Below are positions 1 through 8,800 of a stretch of DNA of 14,534 bases, one piece after another (position 1 is the first letter of the stretch; the number at the start of each line of letters is the position of its first letter). Made by a program: the position numbers and the translations under genes. Source of the DNA: Fonticula alba ATCC 38817 (Eukaryota > Protista > Nucleariida). The notes below the pieces were generated by a model, which saw only the letters and a list, made by a program, of their open reading frames with translations, made no database searches and had not been told where the DNA came from. The stretch is taken from assembly GCA_000388065.2 (NCBI GenBank), contig KB932205.1; one strand, written 5' to 3'.

Positions 1-2698
1 GCCTCGGCCACCGAGTGCCATGCCTGCAAGGGCAGCTCCTTCCTCCTGGCCGGGGCCTGTGTGGCCGAGTGCCCGGCCGGCATGCTCGCCGCCGCGGGCG
101 CCTGTGTCCCCTGCTCGCCGGACTGCGCACGCTGCGCCGAACGCGCGGACTTCTGCCTTGCCTGTGCCGCGGCCGGCCAGGCCCTCCTCCCGGCCACGGG
201 CCAGTGCGTGTCGGAGTGCCCGGCCGGCGAGGCACCGGCCGGCTTGCCGATGGCCTGCCAGCCGTGCGACCCCTCGTGCGCCGCCTGCACGGCCCCCGGC
301 AATGCGGCTGCCTGCTCCGCCTGCCCGGCCGGCTCGCTGCTCCACGGGGCGGCCTGCGTGGCGGCCTGCCCGGCCGGCACCTTCGCCCAGGCGCCGGACC
401 GGTGTGCGCCCTGCGCCGAGGGCTGCCACACGTGCTCCGGCCCCGGGGCCGATGCCTGCCAGGAAACCTGGTGCCAAGTGGATGGCACCTGCCCGGAGAA
501 GCCCTCGACGTCTGGTACGTGTGCCGGCCGCGCGCCCGTCACGCGCCTTGCCTCGGCCCGGCCGCCCGGCGGCCCGATCCACTTGCTGACATGCGCCGCT
601 CGCGCTCGCGGGCGCCCCCGCCGGCAACCCAGCCCGCACCCTGGCCCTGGGCCTGGGCATCGGGGCGGCGGTCCTGCTGCTGCTCATCATCCTGCTGATC
701 CTCTGCGTCATTCGCCGGCGCCGCCGTGCCAAGGAGGAAGATGTGCGTCCCCGCCCGGCCGCCCGGGCCTCTCCTTGCCCATGGCATCCCCCCCCCCCCT
801 CGCCCCCTCGCGAACGCGCCCGGTCCCCTGGCGGCGGTACTCACACGCGCACGCGCACGCGCACGCGCACGCCCCAATGCTCCCCGCTCTGGGACGAGGA
901 TTCGGAGCTGGCCCTCACCGGAGCCAGCCACATGCCGGGTATGTTGCGCCGGAGGGGGTTGCCCAGCCCGCCTCGCGCCGGGCCCCCGCCCCCTTCTGCC
1001 ATTGGCCCCGCCGCTGACACCCTGCTCGCCCCCCTGGCGCCCAGATTTCCTCGTGCCGGACTTCCTGCTCCTGGACTTCAACAAGGACCTGCATGTGGAT
1101 GAGGCCCAGTCGCCGGTGAGCATCGTCGGCAAGGGCACCCGCCTGACCGTGCAGCCGGTTGTCCCGCTCAAGGCGTCCCTCATTCAGCAGGCCGCCGGGC
1201 GCGCGCTCGTTTTGAAGACCGTCGAGCGTGCGTCCCTGCCCGGTGGCTTCCCCCCCCCCCTCCCTCCCTGCCTGGACGCACTCCGCCGGTGTGCCGATCT
1301 GACTAACCCCCCCGCCCGCAGGCCAGGAGTCCAGCTCCATGACCGACGACCACCGCGAGGCCATGTTCCGCAATGAAATGTCCATTCTCTGGTACGTGGC
1401 CACATGCGGCCCTGTGGCTCTTTGCCTGGCCGGCGCCCGGGCCCTCGCCCCGGCGGAGGGCCCCGGGTCTGCGCGCGGCGCCTTGTCCTCTGACGGCCTT
1501 CCCTGCTTCCCCTTCGCCCCCTGCCCGCGCCCGCCCAGGGCCATGAGGGACTCGCCGAACGTGGTGGAGATGCTCGGCTACACGGAGGTCCCGTCGGCCA
1601 TCGTGCTGGAGGGCCACCCCACCGACTTGGCGACCCTGCTCAAGGGCGGCGACATCCTGCACGTGGAGGACGCCATGACCGTCATCTCCGGCCTGCGTAC
1701 GTGGCCACGCCCCTCGACCAGCGGCAAGGGGCCCCGCTGTCGCCCCCGTCAGCAGGCGGTCCCCCACGCACCGCGCCCGCGCCACTAACACCGTTCCCCC
1801 GCCCGCTCCCTGCCCCGCACCTTCCCCCGGGGCCGCTCCGGCCGGCCGGCCGGCCGTGCGCAGTCCTCGGCCTGGAGTACCTGCACATGAATGACATCGC
1901 ACACCGGGACATCCGGTCCTCCAATGTCCTCATTCGCCAGTATGGCGACACCGGCCGCATGCGGGCCGTCCTGTCGGACTTCAGCCTGGCCTGTGCGGCC
2001 GGGCGGTCGCCGCCCCTGCTGGACGCCATCCTGCTGATGTCCTGCAGTGTGCCCTTTGCGGCGCCCGAGGTGCGTGCCCTCGGCCCCGGGCCGGGGTTCT
2101 TTTTTTTTTCGCGCACACGCATGCCCTCGCCCCCCGGGCCGGGGCCCATCCCGCCCGACCGCCCACGATGCGACCGCCTCGCGGCGCAACGCCCGCACCC
2201 ATGCTCACGGACGCGCGCGCGCACACCTGCATGCAGATCCTCAACCTCACAAGCCGCAGCGATCTCAGAGCCGTGGACTTCCAGGCGGCCGACATGTACG
2301 CCGCCGGGTCGGTCATTTGGCATGTGCTGTCGCACGAGCGCCCATGGTCCGGTACGCACGCACACACCCTCTGCCGCGGCCCCGGCCGCCGGTGCCCTGC
2401 TTTGGCTGCCCCCCCCCCCCCCTGGCCCCCCCCCCCCCCCCCCGCCCCCCCGCTGCCCGACCCCTCGGACTCCGCATCCCCCCGCCCGGGCCCCGCCCCG
2501 GGGCCGCCCCCCCACGCCCCGCTGCTTGCCCCAGACAGGGATTAGGCTCGCCGGAGCCGTGAGGGCCGGGAGCACGGGCCGGATGATGTCTGTGTCGGTC
2601 GGCCGGCCGGCCGGCCGGCCGGCCAGTCGGTGTCTGCGTGTGGGCGGCGGGGCTGCTTCTCCCACGGGAGCAGAGACCCCTGTGCTTTTGTCTCGGCC

Positions 2699-2766
<68 letters not shown>

Positions 2767-3067
2767 CTGGCCCCGGGGCGATGCTAACCACACGAGCCCC
2801 GGGGGATGCCCTGCACCGTGGCGTCCTGGGCGCCCCCCCCCCCCCCCCCCCCTCGGCTTGCCGCAATCAGACGTCTCCTTCCCGGAAATCATCGCCCTGG
2901 TGGCGTCCGGCCAGAACCCCGGCAGCCGGGGCCCGCGGTCGGTATACTCGCGCGACGTCAGTGCCGGCGTGGCCCCGCTGTTGGAGGCCCTGCCGGAGCT
3001 GTGGTCACCGGAGCCCCACCGGCGGATGACCGCGCGTCGCCTGCTGGCCATCCTCCGGCGTGTCTAG
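1..3067 (+). CDS. 5'-partial receptor-like (TKL-type) protein kinase: furin-like Cys-rich ectodomain, TM helix, kinase domain. Manual exons: <1-514, 633-742, 899-938 (or 878-938), 1045-1227, 1322-1391, 1539-1696, 1864-2069, 2237-2351, 2871-3067
   Basis: Frame +1 is open from base 1 with CxxC repeats (CSPDCARC, CDPSCAAC, CAEGCHTC). GT..AG introns with branch-like motifs (e.g. 515-632 ctgac, 1228-1321 ctaac, 1697-1863 ctaac) join in frame, 1593 nt in total. Splicing gives TM LALGLGIGAAVLLLLIILLILCVI-RRRRR, then LVLK, FRNE, NVVEMLGY, HRDIRSSN, SDFS, FAAPE, ADMYAAG and PHRRMT, ending at TAG 3065-3067. Confidence 0.9.
2601..2624. repeat. (GGCC)6 self-complementary microsatellite in the last kinase intron
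   Basis: Read directly at 2601-2624. Confidence 0.9.
2702..2765. repeat. 64-nt poly(C) homopolymer in intron 2352-2870
   Basis: Uninterrupted C run. Shorter C runs occur near 2408-2450 and 2834-2852. Confidence 0.85.
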
Positions 3068-3089
3068 CGCCCGGGCCGCTTGCCGGCGG

Positions 3090-3444
3090 NNNNNNNNNNN
3101 NNNNNNNNNNNNNNNNNNNNNNNNNNNNNNNNNNNNNNNNNNNNNNNNNNNNNNNNNNNNNNNNNNNNNNNNNNNNNNNNNNNNNNNNNNNNNNNNNNNN
3201 NNNNNNNNNNNNNNNNNNNNNNNNNNNNNNNNNNNNNNNNNNNNNNNNNNNNNNNNNNNNNNNNNNNNNNNNNNNNNNNNNNNNNNNNNNNNNNNNNNNN
3301 NNNNNNNNNNNNNNNNNNNNNNNNNNNNNNNNNNNNNNNNNNNNNNNNNNNNNNNNNNNNNNNNNNNNNNNNNNNNNNNNNNNNNNNNNNNNNNNNNNNN
3401 NNNNNNNNNNNNNNNNNNNNNNNNNNNNNNNNNNNNNNNNNNNN
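3090..3444. other. assembly gap (N)
   Basis: N run. Confidence 1.
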
Positions 3445-3570
3445 CATGCCTGCCCGCGGAAATATAGATGTGTACACCCCCCCCCCTCGTGGCCGATGTT
3501 GCCCCGCCCCGGCGCCCGGCGTGCCCAGCCCGCGGCCACAAAAGCGCCCGGGCGGCCCTGCTTCCCCGAC

Positions 3571-3644
3571 GGCCGCGTAGCTCAATTGGATAGAGCACCT
3601 GACTACGGATCAGGAGGTTGTGTGTTCGAGCCGCATCGTGGTCA
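3571..3644 (+). tRNA. tRNA-Arg(ACG)
   Basis: Cloverleaf: acceptor GGCCGCG/CGTGGTC, D stem GCTC/GAGC, anticodon arm CCTGA-CTACGGA-TCAGG, T loop TTCGAGC. 74 nt, no intron. Confidence 0.95.
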
Positions 3645-3653
3645 TCTTTCCCC

Positions 3654-3658
3654 TTTTT
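3654..3658 (+). terminator. Pol III oligo(T) terminator of tRNA-Arg
   Basis: T5 run starting 10 nt after the discriminator base. Confidence 0.7.
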
Positions 3659-4420
3659 GCTCCGCCACCACTGTTTCGGGGGGGGGGGGGGGGGGGCAAT
3701 GCGCGGAACCATAAATAACCCCCGGGTTTCGGCCTCTCGCGGCTCTGGCGGCCGGGCATGGGCCACCAAAAATCGGGGAAATACATGCACCGCCAATATA
3801 TAAAATTGCCGCCCGGGCAAGGGGGGCTTGTGTGCCGGAGGGGGGGGGCCATTCCCGGCCGGACGCCGGGTTCCCCTTTGTTGGGCAGCTTTCGGCCCGG
3901 GACCACGGAGACGCCGTTCGAAAGCCGGGACACATGCTGCAGCCTGGCAGGGGGGCCCGTCGCCGGCCACCCCGCACAAAAGGCTGGCCGAGTGTCGGGG
4001 CTGCCCCCCACATGCGAGGCCGTCGCGGGCTCCCCCCGAGCAGGTCCGAGAGAAAAGCGCCCCACCCCGAGTCACGGACCTTTGATGTTCCACCCGAGGG
4101 GGGGAGAGGCGCCATTTCGCCCAGGACAAGGTACGCCTCCCTCGACCGGGGGGGGGCGGGGCGGGGCAGGGAGGCCGGAATCCCAGGGCCGTGTTTTTGC
4201 GGGGGCAGCATGGAGCAGCGACCCAGGGCGGACACACCGCCCGGCCGAGCCGCCCTCGGTTCTTCCACCCAGGCGGGCGCCTTGAACCCGGGTGGGCGGG
4301 GGGGGGGGACCAGAGCCGGCGACGCGCTCCGGATGGCCCCGAGAGGCCCAGCCAGAGTGGGGCCGGCGCCGGCCGCGGCAGATTCACGCATATATGCCCC
4401 GGAGGGTGCTCTACACCCAA

Positions 4421-4493
4421 GCCTCGATAGCTCAGTTGGGAGAGCGTGTGACTGAAGATCACAAGGTCACCAGTTCAATCCTGGTTCGAGGCA
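4421..4493 (+). tRNA. tRNA-Phe(GAA)
   Basis: Acceptor GCCTCGA/TCGAGGC, anticodon arm TGTGA-CTGAAGA-TCACA, T arm ACCAG-TTCAATC-CTGGT. 73 nt. Confidence 0.97.
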
Positions 4494-4500
4494 ACTACTC

Positions 4501-4504
4501 TTTT
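4501..4504 (+). terminator. Pol III oligo(T) terminator of tRNA-Phe
   Basis: T4 run starting 8 nt after the discriminator base. Confidence 0.6.
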
Positions 4505-4640
4505 GCCCGGCGCGCCCCGAGGGCGGGGCAGCCCCGGTCTCTTTGCGCATAATATATCCCGTCGGGGTGTCCCCACGCCGAGGAGAGAAATACACACGGG
4601 CGCGCGCGATGCACAAGGCGGCGGCAAAAGCGGCCGGGGC

Positions 4641-4645
4641 AAAAA
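4641..4645 (-). terminator. Pol III oligo(T) terminator downstream of tRNA-Thr (and probably of the Gly-Thr pair)
   Basis: A5 on + strand, i.e. T5 on - strand, just after the tRNA-Thr 3' end. Confidence 0.7.
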
Positions 4646-4652
4646 GCAATGG

Positions 4653-4724
4653 TGCTCATTGGGTGGATCGAACACCCGACCTCCAGTTTACTAGACTGGC
4701 GCTCTACCACTGAGCTAAACAAGC
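4653..4724 (-). tRNA. tRNA-Thr(AGT)
   Basis: Reverse complement GCTTGTTTAGCTCAGTGGTAGAGCGCCAGTCTAGTAAACTGGAGGTCGGGTGTTCGATCCACCCAATGAGCA. Anticodon arm CCAGT-CTAGTAA-ACTGG. 72 nt. Confidence 0.95.
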
Positions 4725-4731
4725 GGCGGCG

Positions 4732-4802
4732 TGCGTCGACCGGGAATCGAACCCGGGTCTACCGCGTGGCAGGCGGCAATTCTACCACTAAACCATCGAC
4801 GC
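4732..4802 (-). tRNA. tRNA-Gly(GCC)
   Basis: Reverse complement GCGTCGATGGTTTAGTGGTAGAATTGCCGCCTGCCACGCGGTAGACCCGGGTTCGATTCCCGGTCGACGCA. Acceptor GCGTCGA/TCGACGC. 71 nt. Confidence 0.97.
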
Positions 4803-5056
4803 GCTTCCGTGAGGAGCCCCACGGCCGCTGGGCTTATGACGGACACCTTTTTGTTTCCCCCGCCCCGCGGCGCACGGAGCACCGGCCCTGGCAGCGGTGC
4901 ACGGGGGAACGTGGGCACGTGCGGGCCCCGCGTGACACGCGGCCCTGGGAGCATCCTGGCCGGGCTCGGCCCTCCCGCGCCCGCGCAAACGCCGGCCGCC
5001 GGCCGCCGGCTCCAGGGGCTGTTGTTGGAAGGCAGCGGGGGCCGGGCCCCCCCCCN

Positions 5057-5320
5057 NNNNNNNNNNNNNNNNNNNNNNNNNNNNNNNNNNNNNNNNNNNN
5101 NNNNNNNNNNNNNNNNNNNNNNNNNNNNNNNNNNNNNNNNNNNNNNNNNNNNNNNNNNNNNNNNNNNNNNNNNNNNNNNNNNNNNNNNNNNNNNNNNNNN
5201 NNNNNNNNNNNNNNNNNNNNNNNNNNNNNNNNNNNNNNNNNNNNNNNNNNNNNNNNNNNNNNNNNNNNNNNNNNNNNNNNNNNNNNNNNNNNNNNNNNNN
5301 NNNNNNNNNNNNNNNNNNNN
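5057..5320. other. assembly gap (N)
   Basis: N run. Confidence 1.
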
Positions 5321-5477
5321 CCCTCCCGGGCGCCGCTCCGCCGGCCAATCTCAAACGCCCGCCAACGCCTACCGCATTAATCTGGCGCCGGGGGCAAGGG
5401 GGGCCGCATGGCGTTCCCCGGCGGATCCGATATTGGCGCGGGCCCCGGGAATTTCCCGCCGCCCCTCCGGACGGACG

Positions 5478-5478
<1 letters not shown>

Positions 5479-5511
<33 letters not shown>
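5479..5511. repeat. (GCAC)n microsatellite upstream of the Cys-rich membrane protein gene
   Basis: gcgcacgcacgcacgcac... read directly. Confidence 0.8.
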
Positions 5512-5835
5512 CAAGGGGTCGAATGCGTACGCGTGGCCGCCGGCCGGCTAGGAACGGCAACCGGCCCAGCCCCCCCGGCCCTGCCCTCTCAACGCAGCAC
5601 ACACCCACCGGCCGCGCGGCCCGGCCCTGGAGCGGGAGACACACGCCCGGGGAAGCAAGAGAGCGGGCCGGGATTCACGCCGCCCCCGCCGCAAGAAGAC
5701 CCAGATCCCGGGCTCTCTTGTGCCGGTCCCGCGCGCCCGGCCCGGCCCCCGGCGCCGCGTGCACATGGGCCTCTCGCCTCCCCCCTCTCCTCTCGCCCGC
5801 TACCCTCCTCCCCCGCCATCCCCCCCCCCCTCGGC

Positions 5836-8800
5836 ATGCGGCGCTCGCTCGGCCTGCTCCTCCTGCTGGCGGTGGCTGCGCTGGCCGCGCTGGCCCCCCC
5901 AGCCGCCAGCCAGCCCCCGGCGCTCCTGGCCGCTTCGGCCCGGCGGCCGACGTCAGCCTTGTCCTCGGTCCTCTCGTCCTCGGACTCGGCGCCGGCGGCC
6001 TGCCCGCCGGACACGCGGCCCACCTCCGACGGGCTGGCCTGCGTCGACTGTGCCCCGGAGTGCGACCAGTGCTTCGGGCCATTCCCCGACCAGTGCGAGG
6101 TGTGCTCGCCGAACCACTTCCTCGACGACACCAACACCTGCCAAAAGTGCGACCCCTCCTGCCAGGGCTGCACCGGCCCCTTCTCCGATGACTGCCTCGC
6201 ATGCGACCAGGGCAACATCCTTGACCCGGTCACCGGCCGGTGTGGCGGCGGCTGCTCGCCCGGCTATGGCCCGGATGCGTCCGGCCCCCAGGGCACCGAG
6301 TGCCGGCCCTGCGCCGACAGCGGCTGCTCCAAGTGCGACACGGCCCAGCCCGGGGCCGTGTGCATCCAGTGCCAAACCGGCCGCTTTGCCAGCCGCGACA
6401 CCGCCCGCTGCGAGCCCTGCCACAGCCAGTGCCTCGAATGCTCCGGGCCCCTGCTCGACGAGTGCACCGCCTGCCCGGGGGACCATGTCCTCCTGGGCGG
6501 CCGGTGCCTGGAGGCCTGCCCCCCCGGGTACTTCCCCGACTCCGAGGCGGTGCCCCTCGGCGGGGCCACCTTCTGCGTGGCCTGTGACACCCTGTGCACC
6601 GCCTGCACCGGGCCCCAGGCCACCGACTGCACCGCCTGCCTCTCGGGTGCCGAGCTCCAGCCCCCCGGGCCGAAGGGCCGCTGCCAGGCCCCGGACCTCG
6701 GCCAAGACCCGGCCCCGGCGTGCGATGTGGCCAACTGTGCTGCCTGCCTGCCGGGCCATGCCGACACCTGTGCCACCTGCGCCGAGGACTTCCGCCTGAC
6801 CCCGACCGCCGCCGAGTGCATCCCCACCAGCGACCCCTGCCCCGCCGGGTCTTTCCTCCATGCGGCGACCGACGCCTGCCGGCCCTGCTCCGGCCCCTGC
6901 GCCACATGCAGCCCGGATGACCCGACCATTTGCCTCTCCTGCCCGGCCGGTCGGTGGATCACCGCCGATGGGGCCTGCGCCAGTGGCGACCTGGCCCGCT
7001 GCCCGGCCAACGGGTACTTCGAGCCGGCCATCGGCGAGTGCCAGCCCTGCGCCCCGGGCTGCCTCACCTGCACCGGCCCCGACAATGGCCAGTGCACCAC
7101 CTGCGCCAAGGGCCACTTCCGCTTTGAGGGGGGCTTCTGCGGGCCCCGGTGCCCGGGTCGCCACTTTGAAATGGCCATGGACTGCATCCCCTGCCATGAG
7201 GAGTGTGCCGATTGCAATGGCCCCGGGCCGGACCAGTGCAAAACCTGCGACCCGGACAATGACATCTTCCAGCGCCTGTGGTCCCACAAGTGCCTGGTCG
7301 AGTGCCCGGCGCGGACCTACTACATCCGCACGGTCGGCTTCTGCAGCCGGTTCATCTGCAACGCATGCCCGCCCGGCTGCGTCGAGTGCACCGGCGGCAG
7401 CCCCTCCGAATGCACCCGCTGCCATCCCACCACCCTCCTGGACCCGGCCGTCGGCTGTGTGACCGCCTGCCCGGAGGGCGCCCCCCTCGTGGAGAATGGC
7501 ACCTGCGTGGCGGCCTGCTCGCCGGGTCGCGTCGATCTCGCCGGCCAGTGTGTCTTCTCCTGCGAGGGCTGCCTCACTTGTGACCCGGCCACCGGGGCCT
7601 GTCTCACCTGCCCCGAGGGCAAGATCCTGTCCTCCGCCTCGCCGGCCACCTGTGCCGATGCCTGCGCCGCCGACGAGTATGTCCTGCAGCCGGAGGCGCC
7701 CGACGCCGCGCCGCGCTGCGCCGCCTGCCACGAGTCCTGTGCCACGTGCTCCGGCCCGGCGGCCGATCAGTGCACCTCCTGCCCGGCCGGCTTCTTTGTC
7801 CAGGACTCCGTGTTCTGTGTGGCTGTCTGCCCGGTGGGCTTCTTTGGCGACGCCGACACCTGGCAGTGTCGGGCCTGCGCGGCGGACTGCGCCACATGCA
7901 CCGGCCCTACCCTGGCCGAGTGCTCGCGCTGCATGGATGACCGGCTGCTGCACCAGGATGCCTGCCTCCCGGTGGGGGTCCCCTGCCCGGCGGTGGGCTT
8001 CCACACGGACCCGGCCGCGTATCGGTGTGTGCCCTGCAGCGCGGACCAGTGCGCCGACTGTGCCGCCGACCCGGACGTCTGCTCGCGCTGCAAGCTGGGC
8101 TTCATCGTCGAGGTGGACCCCCTTTCCGATGCTACCACTTGCATCCCCGGCTGCTCCGATGGCTACATCGAGGGGCAGGCCCCCGGCGAGGAGACTGTCG
8201 TCTGTGTGCCGGGCTGCCGCGAGGGCTTGGTCGTTGGGCCGCCGTCGCCGGGCTCCGGCAGCTCCAGCGTCTCCGGCAGCTCGGGCAGCCTCTCGCCTCC
8301 GCCAGCCGGCGACCCGGAGCCGGCCAACTGCCTGCCCGAGTGCCCGGATGGCTGGTTCGATCAGTCGGCCATCTGCGAGGCGTGCCATGAGAGCTGTCTT
8401 ACTTGCGATGCCCCAGGCCCCGACGGGTGCACCGCCCTTCCTCCGACCTCCGACTCGGGCAGCGGTCCGTCCAGCAGTGGCAGCGGCTCGTCCAGCAGTG
8501 GCAGCGGTCCGTCTAGTAGCGGCAGCGGCTCGTCTAGCAGTGGCAGCGGCTCGTCCAGCAGTGGCAGNNNNNNNNNNNNNNNNNNNNNNNNNNNNNNNNN
8601 NNNNNNNNNNNNNNNNNNNNNNNNNNNNNNNNNNNNNNNNNNCCCGCCTCTCTCAGTGTTTCATCTCCCTGTCACTCCCACCCTGCTGACTCGAGACCAT
8701 CCTGCACACACGCTTCCCCCTGTCCCGACCCCGGCCCCGGCCCGCGCGCCATGCACAGGCGGCACCATCATCGCCCTGGCAGTGGCCATCCCGATCGTGG

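Noticed and set aside
1682-2866. Poly-Gly and poly-Pro ORFs through the C-run
   Set aside because: Translations of an intronic homopolymer.
3790-3812. ATATATAAAATTG resembling the 5' part of U6 snRNA
   Set aside because: No ACAGAGA box or U6 internal stem-loop follows.
4036-4062. CAGGTCCGAGAGAAAAGC resembling SRP RNA helix 8
   Set aside because: The stem under the GNRA-like loop is mismatched and no helix 6 or Alu domain is recognisable.
3005-5504. ORFs spanning the tRNA island and N gaps
   Set aside because: They stay open because N runs contain no stops and the DNA is GC-rich. They overlap clear tRNA genes.
5953-8388. 811-aa minus-strand ORF and other long overlapping ORFs in alternative frames
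   Set aside because: Shadow ORFs of a GC-rich coding region. They are Ala/Gly/Arg/Pro-rich with no motifs, whereas the + frame has a coherent signal-Cys repeat-TM architecture.
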